Of a stretch of 45,723 bases of DNA, positions 8,758 to 18,502 are shown piece by piece (the stretch's first letter is position 1; every line of letters starts with the position of its first letter). The DNA is from Frankiales bacterium (GTDB lineage: Bacteria > Actinomycetota > Actinomycetes > Mycobacteriales > SCTD01), in the NCBI GenBank assembly GCA_031416735.1, contig JANOTZ010000167.1, positions 1-45,723 of the forward strand. Reading direction: 5' to 3'. The position numbers were made by a program, and so were the translations under genes. The notes beneath the pieces were generated by a model. That model was not told where the DNA came from and did not search any database. It saw nothing but the letters and a program-made list of their open reading frames with translations.

Positions 8758-9747
8758 ATGGCAAGCATGCGCCGCAGACTGCGCGGCATGACGACGAGGG
8801 TATCGGGGACCAAGCCCGCCGCCACGCCCCCGCCTGCCGCCAGCGCGGTCGACGTCCCGGTTGACGCTTCGGTCGAGAGCCCCGGCGACGTCCCTGAGGC
8901 CCTGAGCCCCGCCGAGCCGCCGGTCGGCGAGAATGGTGCTGTGACTGTCACCACTGAACCCGCACCTGAGCCCACCGTCGTCGCTGACCCGGTGTGCGCG
9001 GCTGCGGTCGACCAGGCCCGTGCGGTCGCGGTCGAGGCCGGCGGCAGCAGTGTGGGCGACCACCTGGGCGTGGAGGCGGACGACGACCTCGTCGTCACCC
9101 ACTCCTTTGCCACCAAGGACCCGGCCTACGTCGGCTGGCGCTGGGCGGTCACCGTGGCCCGCGCCGACGGCAGTGACGAGGTCACCGTCGACGAGGTGGT
9201 CCTGCTGCCTGGCGGCGGGGCCCTGCTTGCGCCGGAGTGGCTGCCCTGGAGCGAGCGCGTCCAGCCCGGCGACCTCTCGCCCGGCGACCTGCTCCCACCC
9301 CCCACCGACGACCCCCGGCTGGTGGCGGCCTACGCCGACCCCGAGGCGGAGCTCGCTGCCGAGACCTTCTGGGAGCTCGGTCTGGGCCGGCCCCGCGTGC
9401 TCTCGATCGAGGGGCGTCAGGACGCTGCGGAGCGTTGGTACGAAGGCGATCGCGGTCCTGCGACGCCGATGGCCCGGCAGGCCCCCGGGCAGTGCCTGGA
9501 CTGTGCCTTCCGCGTCCCCCTCGCCGGAAGCCTCAAGGCGGTGTTCGGCCTGTGCGCCAACGCGTTCTCCCCCGACGACGGTCGCGTCGTCTCGCTCGAC
9601 CACGGCTGCGGGGCGCACAGCGAGACGGCGGTCGCGCTGACCCACGACGCCGGTGCGGCCAGCATGGTCGTGGAGGACGAGGAGCTCGAGCTCGTCGTGG
9701 TGGGCCCGTCGCCCGACGACGAGACGCCCGACGGCCACGCCAGCTGA
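8758..9747 (+). CDS. DUF3027-like protein with C-terminal Cys/His cluster
   Basis: Frame of ORF 8566..9747, with ATG at 8758 preferred. The C-terminal part reads QCLDCAF...GLCAN...DHGCGAHSE. The family call is from memory. Confidence 0.6.
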   Translation: MASMRRRLRGMTTRVSGTKPAATPPPAASAVDVPVDASVESPGDVPEALSPAEPPVGENGAVTVTTEPAPEPTVVADPVCAAAVDQARAVAVEAGGSSVGDHLGVEADDDLVVTHSFATKDPAYVGWRWAVTVARADGSDEVTVDEVVLLPGGGALLAPEWLPWSERVQPGDLSPGDLLPPPTDDPRLVAAYADPEAELAAETFWELGLGRPRVLSIEGRQDAAERWYEGDRGPATPMARQAPGQCLDCAFRVPLAGSLKAVFGLCANAFSPDDGRVVSLDHGCGAHSETAVALTHDAGAASMVVEDEELELVVVGPSPDDETPDGHAS

Positions 9748-9798
9748 GCGACGGCCCGGCGGCCCGCTTCTGACGGACCCGCAGCACTACTCCGAGAT

Positions 9799-9831
9799 CT
9801 GCCTCCAACACGCCCGGCGTGTCTGAGGCAG
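9799..9831. terminator. two-tier hairpin between convergent genes (bidirectional terminator candidate)
   Basis: The sequence CTGCCTC-ca-ACACGC-ccg-GCGTGT-ct-GAGGCAG is seen directly. It has no U-tract, which is common in actinobacteria. Confidence 0.4.
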
Positions 9832-9888
9832 AACTCGGATGAGGGGCGGGGCAAACTGGCGCGGCGGCCGTGACCAGGCCTAGGGCGC

Positions 9889-10530
9889 TCAGCCGGGCAG
9901 CTCGAAGACCGCGGTCAGGATCTGCGTCAGCGGGGGCAGGACGGTCGTCACCGCGGGCCGCGGTTCCTTCAGCAGCCAGTCGGTGAGCAACTCGTTGATC
10001 GCCCCGACCAGACCGATCGCCAGCGGACCAAACTCCCGCGCGGGCACCACCTCGGCGGCGACCAGCCGCAGGTGGGCCTCGGTGATGATGGCCGCGAGCC
10101 GCCGGATCTGCTCGCGTCGGATCGCGTCCAGAGCCGGGCTGACGCCGACCACCTCGACGAGCAGGACCCGGGCCCGACGCGGGTCCTCGGCCAGTGCGGC
10201 GACCACCGCCACCAGCCCACCGGTGATCTGACCCTCGACGGTGAGGGGGGCGGTCGCCTGCGCAGCGCGCACGCGTCGCCCGACGTCGCCGGCAATTCCG
10301 CCGTACAGCTCGGCGAGAAGTTCTTCGCGTCCGGGGTGGATCTCATAGAAGTGCCGCGGGGAGACGCCCCCGGTGCTGCACAGGGCGGTGAGGGAGGTGG
10401 CGGCGTAGCCGAGGGTGCCGAACAGCTCCAGGCCGGCGCCGAGCAGCCGCTGCCGGCGGGCTTCGCGGCGTTCGACGGGCGACAGGCCGCGCCAGGTTCG
10501 TCCCTGCTCGACGGCCACGTCGGTCCCCAT
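9889..10530 (-). CDS. TetR-family transcriptional regulator
   Basis: Frame of ORF 9889..10626, with ATG at 10530. The HTH is LFGTLGYAATSLTALCSTGGVSPRHFYEIH. It is divergent from the ABC importer. Confidence 0.8.
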   Translation of the reverse strand: MGTDVAVEQGRTWRGLSPVERREARRQRLLGAGLELFGTLGYAATSLTALCSTGGVSPRHFYEIHPGREELLAELYGGIAGDVGRRVRAAQATAPLTVEGQITGGLVAVVAALAEDPRRARVLLVEVVGVSPALDAIRREQIRRLAAIITEAHLRLVAAEVVPAREFGPLAIGLVGAINELLTDWLLKEPRPAVTTVLPPLTQILTAVFELPG

Positions 10531-10551
10531 GAGATCGGACCCTAAAGCTGT

Positions 10552-10578
10552 TTCCGCCTTTTTTGGGAAAAGACGGAA
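10552..10578. promoter_or_regulatory. 11-bp inverted repeat TTCCGCCTTTT-ttggg-AAAAGACGGAA (1 mismatch), candidate TetR operator
   Basis: Seen directly in the AT-richer TetR/ABC divergent intergenic region. Confidence 0.4.
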
Positions 10579-10667
10579 GCCAACCTGTCCGAATCGCGGT
10601 GATTTGCCTACAGTGACCACCGTCACACCCCCGGGTGGCGCCCAGCCCGCTCGACGAGAGGCGTCCC

Positions 10668-12170
10668 GTGCGCTCGAACTCTGCCCGCACCTCCCTCGCG
10701 GCGTCCACCGCCGTCCTGCTGCTGCTCACCAGCGGCTGCGCCGCCCGCTTCGCCCGGTCGGAGGTGGCCGCCGGCGACCAGAACTCGTCCAGCGGGCTCG
10801 GCGTCGACCAGGGCGGCACTGGTGGCGGTGGCCCGGTTTCCGCGGTGCCACGCGCAGGCGGTACGGCGGGCTCGCCGGCGTCCGGATCCACCGGGACGTC
10901 CACGGGTGGCAACCAGGGCGGCACGACGGGCAGCGTGAGCGGTCCGAACTCCGGGACCTCCGGGAGTTCCGGCACCTCCGGCACCTCCGGGACCTCCGGG
11001 ACCAGCGGTACGTCGGGCAGCGGGACCCCCGTCGAGGTGCCGCGGGGGAGCACGGTCGGGGTCACCGACACGACGGTGAAGATCGGCCTGTTCGTGCCCA
11101 AGACCGGGGCGGCGCCGGTGCCTCCCACCATCGACGCCCAAGCCCAGAACTACTGGGACTACGTCAAGTCCAAGGTCGGCGGCATCCACGGCCGCAACGT
11201 GACCATCAAGATCTACGACACCAAGTCCACCGAGGCCGATGCGCGGGCGGCAGTGCAGCAGGCGGTGGCCGACGGGATCTTCGCCGCGGTCTCACTGGAC
11301 CGGATCTCGGTGGAGGGCAAGCTCGTCACCGAGCTGCACAACGCGGGGGTGCCGCACCTGATCAACCAGATGCCGCACAAGCAGCAGATCCCCGACGACG
11401 GCTTCTACATCGGCACCGACCAGGTCAACAACGGCCGGCAGATCGCCAACTACATGCTCCACACGCTGAAGGTGAAGAACGTCGGCTTCGTCGGCGAGGC
11501 CGACCCGACGGCCTACCCCGCCCGGGAGGCCTTCGTCGCCGAGGCCAAGAAGATCGGGCTGAAGGTCGTCCACAACGAGGTCGTCGACGGTATGGCCAGC
11601 CAGTTCCTGGCGGAAGCACAGAAGCTCAAGGACGACAACGCGGAGGCCGTCTGGATGTACGTCGCCCCCAACAACGCGATCAACATCTCCAAGGAGACGC
11701 AGAACATCGGCTACCACCCGACCTGGGTGAGCAGCTCGATCGCGTGGGGCTTCAACCTCGCGCTGACCCCCGCCTCGGGCGGCCTCGACGGGGCGCGCTC
11801 CTTCAGCCCCTGGGGCGGCCTCGACGACCCGAGGTACGCCACCTTCAACCAGGTCAACACCGAGGGAAAAACCACGCAGGACAAGGACATCGGCCTGCCT
11901 GCCTGGGGCTACGGCCAGATCATCGCTGCGGCCATGAAGGGGGCCGGTCGCGACCTCGGGCGCAACAGCTTCCGGGCCGCCATGCAGAACCTCAAGACCG
12001 GCAGCACCGACCTGGTCACCGGCTCACCGATGTGCTGGCCGCCGATGGACTTCACCGGTGGCAAGAGATACGGCAGCGGTGACCGCACCATCGTGATGCG
12101 CGTGCAGGGCGCCGGAGCCACCGCCTCGTCGAAGTGGGTCACGGAATCCGACTACAAGTCGGTCTACTAG
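10668..12170 (+). CDS. ABC transporter substrate-binding lipoprotein, branched-chain amino acid (LivK/LivJ) type
   Basis: Frame of ORF 10635..12170. GTG at 10668 gives a signal peptide with lipobox LLLTSGC. A long Gly/Ser/Thr linker includes (GTS)n. The periplasmic-binding fold follows (GVTDTTVKIGLFVPKTG...). Confidence 0.8.
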   Translation: MRSNSARTSLAASTAVLLLLTSGCAARFARSEVAAGDQNSSSGLGVDQGGTGGGGPVSAVPRAGGTAGSPASGSTGTSTGGNQGGTTGSVSGPNSGTSGSSGTSGTSGTSGTSGTSGSGTPVEVPRGSTVGVTDTTVKIGLFVPKTGAAPVPPTIDAQAQNYWDYVKSKVGGIHGRNVTIKIYDTKSTEADARAAVQQAVADGIFAAVSLDRISVEGKLVTELHNAGVPHLINQMPHKQQIPDDGFYIGTDQVNNGRQIANYMLHTLKVKNVGFVGEADPTAYPAREAFVAEAKKIGLKVVHNEVVDGMASQFLAEAQKLKDDNAEAVWMYVAPNNAINISKETQNIGYHPTWVSSSIAWGFNLALTPASGGLDGARSFSPWGGLDDPRYATFNQVNTEGKTTQDKDIGLPAWGYGQIIAAAMKGAGRDLGRNSFRAAMQNLKTGSTDLVTGSPMCWPPMDFTGGKRYGSGDRTIVMRVQGAGATASSKWVTESDYKSVY

Positions 12171-13048
12171 TGCTCGGCGAGATCGTCGTCGGGCTCGCTA
12201 TCGGCTCGGCGTACTCGCTGCTCGCGGTGGCGGTGGTCCTGGTCTACAGCGGCACCGGAGTGCTGTCCCTGGCCATGGGCGAGATCGGCGCGTTCAGCCT
12301 CTACGCCGGTTTGTACGCCCACGACCACGGGATCTTCGGCTGGCAGCCGGGCGTCTTCGTCGCCGGGCTGCTGGCCGTGGCGGGAGGCGGCGTGCTGGGG
12401 CTGGTCGTCGAGCGGTTCGTCATGCGCCCCCTCGTCGGCCGGCCGGCGCTGGACGGTTTGGTCGCCACCTTGGCGGTCGCGCTGTTCCTCGCGTTGACCG
12501 AGCTCTACCTCTACGGTCTGGACCCGTTCGCGGCACCGTCCCCGGTCGGCGCCGGGACGATCGAGGTGGGTGGTGCGGTGCTCACGGCGACGGAGCTGGT
12601 GCTGTTCGGACTTGCCGCCGCGGTGGCCCTGGGTCTCTACCTGTTCCTCACCCGGACCAAATTCGGGTTGGCCACCCGGGCCACCACCAGCGACCCGGTG
12701 GTCGCCCGTCTGCTCGGAGTGAAGGTCAACCGGGTCTACGTCTTCGCCTGGGGCGTAGGCGGTCTGCTCTCCGGCGCGGCCGCCGCCCTGCTCGCCCCCA
12801 TCAACGGCTCCCTCACCCCGTTCTCGCTCACGACCGCGCTGCTCAGCGCCCTCGCAGGAGCGGTGATCGGGGGTCTCGACAGCCTTGGCGGCGCCATTCT
12901 CGGCAGCATGCTGGTCGGGGTCGTGACCGGTGTGGTCGGCTCGCGTTTCGATCCCGCCATGAGTGCGGGCGTGGTCTTCGTCGCGGTGCTGGCGACGCTG
13001 ATGATCCGTCCCCGCGGCCTGTTCGGGAGTCCCCGTGCAGCGACCTGA
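12170..13048 (+). CDS. branched-chain amino acid ABC permease (LivH type)
   Basis: Frame of ORF 12134..13048. The GTG at 12170 overlaps the TAG stop of the binding protein. Multiple TM segments are present. Confidence 0.8.
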   Translation: MLGEIVVGLAIGSAYSLLAVAVVLVYSGTGVLSLAMGEIGAFSLYAGLYAHDHGIFGWQPGVFVAGLLAVAGGGVLGLVVERFVMRPLVGRPALDGLVATLAVALFLALTELYLYGLDPFAAPSPVGAGTIEVGGAVLTATELVLFGLAAAVALGLYLFLTRTKFGLATRATTSDPVVARLLGVKVNRVYVFAWGVGGLLSGAAAALLAPINGSLTPFSLTTALLSALAGAVIGGLDSLGGAILGSMLVGVVTGVVGSRFDPAMSAGVVFVAVLATLMIRPRGLFGSPRAAT

Positions 13049-14891
13049 ATCCCGTCACGCCGGCGCCGGGGTGCTGCTCGTCGGCGCGCTGCTCGCACCC
13101 CTGGCCCTGAATCTCCCGCAGACGTCGATCATCGTCACCGCCCTCTGCTTCGGCCTGGTGGCCCTCGGGCTCGACGTCCTCATCGGCTCGACCGGGCAGT
13201 TGTCGATGGCCCACGGCGCCCTCTACGGCGTCGGCGTCTTCACCGCTCTGGGCCTCGGCAGCCGGGGCGCCCCGTGGCCCATGGCCTTCGCGGCGGCCAT
13301 CGTGCTGTCCGCCGTGGTCGCGGTGATCGTCGGTCTCCCGTCGCTGCGCATCCGCGGACTCCAGGTCGCCATCGCCTCCCTCGCCTTCCAGCTGTTCGCC
13401 CAGCAGCTCCCCAACACCTACAGCCAGGTGAAGTCCGCCGGACGCACCTTCGAGCGCCCCGGCTTCCTCGTGGACGAGACCCACCTCTACTACTTCGGCG
13501 TCGCCTGCACGGTCCTCGTGCTGGTGCTGCTCAACCGGCTGCGCAGCACCAGAGGTGGCCGGTCCCTGCTGGCAGTACGCGACGTCGAGGCGCGCGCAGC
13601 GGCCTTCGGCATCGACACCGGACGCACCAAGCTTTTCGCGTACGGCGTCTCGGGAGCCGTCGCCGGTCTGGGTGGCGCGTTGTTCGCCCTGCAGCAGGCC
13701 AGCGTCTCCGACCTGCAGCCGTTCATCCTGCGCGAATCGCTGTTGCTCGTCGCGGTCGTCGTCATCGGCGGAGCCCGCTCCGCGGTCGGGATCTTGTTCG
13801 CTGCCTTCCTGCTCAAGGGCCTCCCCGGGTTGCTGGGCACGGACGGCAACGTGGCCTTCCTCGGGGACGTGTCGCAGTGGCTGCCCCCGGCCCTGGCCCT
13901 GCTGCTCGTGGTGTCGGTGGTGTTGCAGCCCGCCGGGATCGGTGGCGTACTGCGCGATCTCAACATCCGACTCACGCCCAAGGGAGAGCGGCTGCCACCG
14001 CGCCCGCAGCCGACCGATGCGGCCCTCGCCACCGCTCGGGCCAGGATGTTGCGGGACGTGCCGCGCCCTCTGAAGGAGCGGCTCCCCGTCCCGGCGCTGC
14101 TGGTCGCCGACCAGGTCAGCGTCCGCTACGGCGGGGTGACTGCGCTCGACGCGCTGAACCTGGAGATCCGGCGCAGCGAAATCGTCGGGCTCATCGGCGC
14201 CAACGGGGCGGGCAAGTCGACGTTCTTCAACGCTGTCTCAGGTCTCGCGCCGACGACCGGGGTCATTCGCTACCGCGACCGCGACCTGCTGCTGTCACCT
14301 CCATCCTCCCGTAGCGCCCGGGGACTGGCCCGCACCTTTCAGGAGATGGGCCTGGTGCGCAGCGAGACGGTCCGCGAGAACATCCTGCTCGCCCAGACCT
14401 GGATGGCCGACTATCCCATGGCAGCAGGACTTCTCGCCCTCGGTGGGTCGGTCGGCACCGAGCGCGAGCTGCGCCGCCGCGCCGACCAGGCGCTCGAGCT
14501 GTTCGGCCTCCAGCACCTGGCGGGCGAGCGCCTCGGGGACCTGCCCTACGGCACGATGCGGATCGTGGAGATCGCCTCCGCGGTTGCCTCCGGGCCCGAC
14601 CTCCTGCTGCTCGACGAGGCCTCCGCCGGTCTCACGCCCGACGAGGCGCATGCCCTCGGCGACCGGTTCAAGGCCCTGCGCGACGAGCTCGGGCTCACCC
14701 TTGTCGTCATCGAGCACCACGTGCCGCTCATCGCCGCCACCTGCGACTACTGCTATTGCCTGGAGTCCGGAGCGCTCATCGCCGAAGGCACGCCCGCCGA
14801 GGTCACCGCCCAGCCGCGCGTCATCGAGAGCTTCCTGGGCCGGGGCACCCTCCAGCCCGAAACCCTCCGGCCCGAGGAGGTGCTCGCATGA
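13035..14891 (+). CDS. fused LivM-type permease + LivG-type ABC ATPase
   Basis: 618-aa ORF. The N-terminal ~330 aa is a polytopic permease. The C-terminal part has Walker A GANGAGKST, signature LPYGTMRIVEIA and Walker B LLLLDEASAGL. Confidence 0.8.
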   Translation: MQRPESRHAGAGVLLVGALLAPLALNLPQTSIIVTALCFGLVALGLDVLIGSTGQLSMAHGALYGVGVFTALGLGSRGAPWPMAFAAAIVLSAVVAVIVGLPSLRIRGLQVAIASLAFQLFAQQLPNTYSQVKSAGRTFERPGFLVDETHLYYFGVACTVLVLVLLNRLRSTRGGRSLLAVRDVEARAAAFGIDTGRTKLFAYGVSGAVAGLGGALFALQQASVSDLQPFILRESLLLVAVVVIGGARSAVGILFAAFLLKGLPGLLGTDGNVAFLGDVSQWLPPALALLLVVSVVLQPAGIGGVLRDLNIRLTPKGERLPPRPQPTDAALATARARMLRDVPRPLKERLPVPALLVADQVSVRYGGVTALDALNLEIRRSEIVGLIGANGAGKSTFFNAVSGLAPTTGVIRYRDRDLLLSPPSSRSARGLARTFQEMGLVRSETVRENILLAQTWMADYPMAAGLLALGGSVGTERELRRRADQALELFGLQHLAGERLGDLPYGTMRIVEIASAVASGPDLLLLDEASAGLTPDEAHALGDRFKALRDELGLTLVVIEHHVPLIAATCDYCYCLESGALIAEGTPAEVTAQPRVIESFLGRGTLQPETLRPEEVLA

Positions 14892-15610
14892 CGCTGCTCG
14901 AGGTGCGCGACCTGTGCTCCGGCTACGGCACCCTGCAGGTGCTGTTTGGGGTGTCGCTGACCGTCGGCGAGGGCGAGGTCGTCGCCCTGATGGGTTCCAA
15001 CGGGGCCGGCAAGACCACCACGCTGCGCACCGTCACCGGGCTGCTCAAAGCCATGTCGGGCACGGTCAGCCTCGACGGCGTCGAGGTCACCGGCAGCGCT
15101 CCCGAGAAGCTGGTGGCCAAAGGCGTCGTGATGGTGCCCGAGGGACGCGGGATGCTCCGCGACCTGACGGTCTCGGAGAACCTCGCCCTCGGCGCCTACG
15201 TCATCGACGACAAGCGCCAGGTCGCCGCCTCGCTCGACAAGGCCTTCACGACCTTCCCGATCCTCTACGAAAGGCGCGAGCAGAAGGCCGGCACCCTGTC
15301 CGGCGGCCAGCAGCAGATGCTCGCCCTCGGCCGCGCCCTGATGGCCTCCCCCCGGCTGATGCTCGTCGACGAGGCTTCGATGGGATTGTCACCGATCATG
15401 ACGGAGCGGGCCTTCACCCTCATCGCCGACATCAACCGCACCGCGGGGGTGGCGGTCCTCATCGTCGAGCAGAACGTCCTCGCCCTCGACCTCGCCAACC
15501 GGGCCTACGTCCTGGAGAAGGGCCAGGTCGTGGCCACCGCCGAGGGCGCCGACGTGCGCCAGATGCAGGCCCGCCTCCGCGAGGCCTACCTGGGGACGGT
15601 GGACGCGTGA
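14888..15610 (+). CDS. ABC ATPase (LivF type)
   Basis: The ATG at 14888 overlaps the upstream stop (ATGA). It has Walker A GSNGAGKTT, LSGGQQQ and LMLVDEASMGL. Confidence 0.85.
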   Translation: MTLLEVRDLCSGYGTLQVLFGVSLTVGEGEVVALMGSNGAGKTTTLRTVTGLLKAMSGTVSLDGVEVTGSAPEKLVAKGVVMVPEGRGMLRDLTVSENLALGAYVIDDKRQVAASLDKAFTTFPILYERREQKAGTLSGGQQQMLALGRALMASPRLMLVDEASMGLSPIMTERAFTLIADINRTAGVAVLIVEQNVLALDLANRAYVLEKGQVVATAEGADVRQMQARLREAYLGTVDA

Positions 15611-16509
15611 ACCTCCTGCGGCGACGTACCCGCTCGACCGCGAGTTGGCGCGGGCGACGAGTGCTTCCCGCGGCCGTGTGCCTCGGCGTCCTCCTCGCGC
15701 CCGGCGTCGCGCACGCCGAGTGCCCAGCGCCCGAGCTGCCCGTCGTGGGTTGCGTCGTCCCCAGTCCGACGCCGACCCCTACGCCGACCCCGACCCCGAC
15801 CCCGACCCCGGCGCCCAAGCCGAACGCGGACCCGGAGCCGGAGCCGGCGCCCAACTCGGCGGAGGCCCAGGCCCCAGCGCGCGCGGCCACTCCCGTGCTC
15901 ACCAGCGCGCCGTTGGTCTCACTCGCCGAGCCGCTGCTTTCCGCGGTGCTGGCTCCCCTGCCTCAGGCCGCGCCGGCGCCAAGCAATGCGGCTCCGGTCG
16001 TCGCGAAGGGGCCGGCCGGACTCGCCAGCAAAGCGTCTGCCCCACAGGCGATCTCGGCGCTGCCCGGCACCCTCGCCTCCAGCTTCGCGCTGGTCGTCTT
16101 CGGATTGCTCGCCCTTCCCTTCCTGCTCGGCTTCCTTGCCGGGCTCCGCCCTGCTGCCGAACCTGTCGCCCCGTCGTACGGAGGAACCATGAAGACCACC
16201 CGCACCCGCCTGTGGATCGGACTCGGCGTGCTCGGCGCTGCCGCGGTGGTCGGAGGGGTGGGGTGGTACCGCATCTCGGGGGAGCCGCTGCTCAACCGGC
16301 AGATCCCGTTCCTCGCCAGCGCCGGGATCCTGGTGGTCCTGCTGTCCGTCCTCGGCGGGGCGCTCATCGTTGCCGAGCAGCTCCGAGGGGACCAGCACCG
16401 CATCAACGAGCTCGAAGACGCCGTACGCGCTCTCACCGAGGCGCTGTCGCCGATCATCGAGCGGCCGGCCCGGCGGCCGGAGCTGGGGTCAGAGGTCCTG
16501 CAGACCTGA
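15607..16509 (+). CDS. signal-peptide / (Thr-Pro)n-linker / membrane protein with C-terminal coiled region, unknown function
   Basis: Frame of ORF 14443..16509. The GTG at 15607 overlaps the livF stop (GTGA). Features are signal peptide ...APGVAHA, a SPTPTPTPTPTPTPTPAP linker, several hydrophobic segments and a charged tail. Confidence 0.5.
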   Translation: MNLLRRRTRSTASWRGRRVLPAAVCLGVLLAPGVAHAECPAPELPVVGCVVPSPTPTPTPTPTPTPTPAPKPNADPEPEPAPNSAEAQAPARAATPVLTSAPLVSLAEPLLSAVLAPLPQAAPAPSNAAPVVAKGPAGLASKASAPQAISALPGTLASSFALVVFGLLALPFLLGFLAGLRPAAEPVAPSYGGTMKTTRTRLWIGLGVLGAAAVVGGVGWYRISGEPLLNRQIPFLASAGILVVLLSVLGGALIVAEQLRGDQHRINELEDAVRALTEALSPIIERPARRPELGSEVLQT

Positions 16510-16728
16510 CCGGGCGATCGCGTCACGGCGACGACGGCAATAACGCACCCCGACCAGCCCGAGCGCGAATCCGTAGCCGCACATGACCAGCCACCAGGTG
16601 TGGATCTCGGTGCCGAAGGCCTTGAGCACGAGCAGCACGACCAGCGCGACCAGCCACAGGAGCGAGCCACCCATGACGATCTTCACGTCATCGGTCTCGA
16701 GGGGCGACGGGTCGGGGCGCTGAGGCAC
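16489..16728 (-). CDS. small two-TM membrane protein (DUF2530-like)
   Basis: 79-aa ORF with two hydrophobic helices. It converges on and overlaps the previous gene by 21 nt. Confidence 0.5.
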   Translation of the reverse strand: MPQRPDPSPLETDDVKIVMGGSLLWLVALVVLLVLKAFGTEIHTWWLVMCGYGFALGLVGVRYCRRRRDAIARSGLQDL

Positions 16729-16763
16729 CCCCCGACGGTACCGCCCTCCTGAAGAAAGGACTT

Positions 16764-16795
16764 TCCTTAGCGAAGGTAATGACCTATGCTAAGGA
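16764..16795. promoter_or_regulatory. 8-bp inverted repeat TCCTTAGC-n16-GCTAAGGA spanning the marR start, candidate MarR box
   Basis: Seen directly in a locally AT-rich stretch. Confidence 0.35.
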
Positions 16796-17219
16796 TATGC
16801 CCACCGACACCGCCCTCGCGTCCGAGCTGCGCACGACGGTCATGCGGCTCGCCCGACGGTTGCGCAGCGAGCGGGCCGACACCTCGCTGTCGCTCGGACA
16901 GCTCGCCGCCCTCGGCACCCTGGACAGGCACGGACCGCTGACCCCCGGCGAGCTGGCGGCGCACGAGCGGGTGCAGCCGCCGTCGATGACCCGCATCGTG
17001 GCCGCCCTGGAGACCGAACGCCTGGTCACCCGCACCGACCACCCCACCGACCGCCGCCAGGTGCTGGTCGCGGTGAGTCCCGCCGGCAAGGCGATGCTCA
17101 AGGACGACCGCAGGCGGCGGGACGCCTGGCTCGCCCAACGGATGCGCGACCTCCCCCCGCAGGACGTCGAGGTCCTGCGCCGGGCTGCCTCCGTCCTCGG
17201 CAGGCTCGCCGACTCGTGA
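16779..17219 (+). CDS. MarR-family transcriptional regulator
   Basis: 146-aa ORF. It has the winged-helix pattern LSLGQLAALGTLDRHGPLTPGELAAHERVQPPSMTRIVAALE...DRRQVLV. Confidence 0.85.
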   Translation: MTYAKDMPTDTALASELRTTVMRLARRLRSERADTSLSLGQLAALGTLDRHGPLTPGELAAHERVQPPSMTRIVAALETERLVTRTDHPTDRRQVLVAVSPAGKAMLKDDRRRRDAWLAQRMRDLPPQDVEVLRRAASVLGRLADS

Positions 17220-18496
17220 GCCCCACCTTCCGGTCGTTGCAGGTGCGCAACTTTCGCCTGTTCGCGATCGGCCAGGTCATCAGCCTGTCCGGCACGTGGG
17301 CGCAGCGCGTGGCCCAGGACTGGCTCGTGCTCACCATCGCACCCAACCCCGGTATCGCCCTGGGCGTCGTCACCGCCCTGCAGTTCCTGCCCATGCTGCT
17401 CTTTGGCCTGTACGGCGGAGTCCTCGCTGACCGCTACGACAAGCGCCGGCTGCTCATCGGGGCACAGGTGTCGATGGGCGTGCTCGCCCTGGTGTTGGGC
17501 GTCCTGGATCTCGCCGGGGTAGTGCAGCTCTGGCACGTCTACGTCCTGGCCTTCGGACTCGGGCTGGCGGGAGTCGTCGACACCCCGGTGCGGCAGTCCT
17601 TCGTCAGCGAGCTGGTCGGACCGGAGGACCTGCCCAACGCGGTCAGCCTCAACAGCGCCACCTTCAACTCGGCCCGCATCGTGGGGCCGGCCCTCGCCGG
17701 ACTGGCGATCAGCGGGGTCGGCACCGGGTGGGTGTTCGTCGCCAACGGCCTCAGTTATGTCGCGGTCCTGGTCGGCCTGCTCCGGATGCGACCGTCCGAG
17801 CTGCTCGCCACGGCCCGGCAGGTGCGGGCGAAGGGCCAGCTCCGGGAGGGCGTCCGCTACGTCCGGCAGCGACCTGCGCTCTACGTCCCGATGATGCTGG
17901 TGTTCATGGTCGGGACCTTCGGGCTCAACTTCCAGATCACCCTGGCCCTCATCGCCAAGCAGACCTTCGCGGTGGGAGCCGGCAGCTTCGGGTTGCTGAC
18001 CTCGGCGCTCGCGGCCGGTTCGCTGGTCGGTGCCCTGCTGAGTGCGCGTCGCAAGGGCGCTCCCCGCACCCGCACGATGCTGGTCGCTGCCCTGGCCTTC
18101 GGGTTGCTCGAGGTCATGGTGGGGCTGGCGCCGAGCTTCGCGACGATGGCGGTGCTGCTCGTCCCGACCGGCATCGCCGTGCTGCTGTTCACGACCACGG
18201 CCAATGCCCTCGTGCAGCTCGGCTCCGACCCGTCGGTGCGCGGTCGGGTGATGGCGCTGTATGTCCTGGTGTTCCTCGGGGGCACGCCCGTCGGCGCCCC
18301 TCTGGTCGGGCTGGTGGCCGAGGCGTTCGGCCCGCGGGTGAGCCTGCTCATCGGCGGCGCGGTGTGCGCGATCAGCGCACTGGTGGCGGCTGTCTTCCTG
18401 ACGCGGACCCGTGGTCTCACCCTGGAGCCCCACCTGGTGCGGCGTCGCCCGCACGTGCACGTGCGGCCCGCAACGTCGCGCCCGCTGGCTCGTTGA
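17216..18496 (+). CDS. MFS transporter (EntS/DUF894-like)
   Basis: 426-aa ORF with ~12 TM segments. It has LADRYDKRR after TM2. The start overlaps the marR stop (GTGA). Confidence 0.8.
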   Translation: MSPTFRSLQVRNFRLFAIGQVISLSGTWAQRVAQDWLVLTIAPNPGIALGVVTALQFLPMLLFGLYGGVLADRYDKRRLLIGAQVSMGVLALVLGVLDLAGVVQLWHVYVLAFGLGLAGVVDTPVRQSFVSELVGPEDLPNAVSLNSATFNSARIVGPALAGLAISGVGTGWVFVANGLSYVAVLVGLLRMRPSELLATARQVRAKGQLREGVRYVRQRPALYVPMMLVFMVGTFGLNFQITLALIAKQTFAVGAGSFGLLTSALAAGSLVGALLSARRKGAPRTRTMLVAALAFGLLEVMVGLAPSFATMAVLLVPTGIAVLLFTTTANALVQLGSDPSVRGRVMALYVLVFLGGTPVGAPLVGLVAEAFGPRVSLLIGGAVCAISALVAAVFLTRTRGLTLEPHLVRRRPHVHVRPATSRPLAR

Positions 18497-18502
18497 GCAG
18501 GC

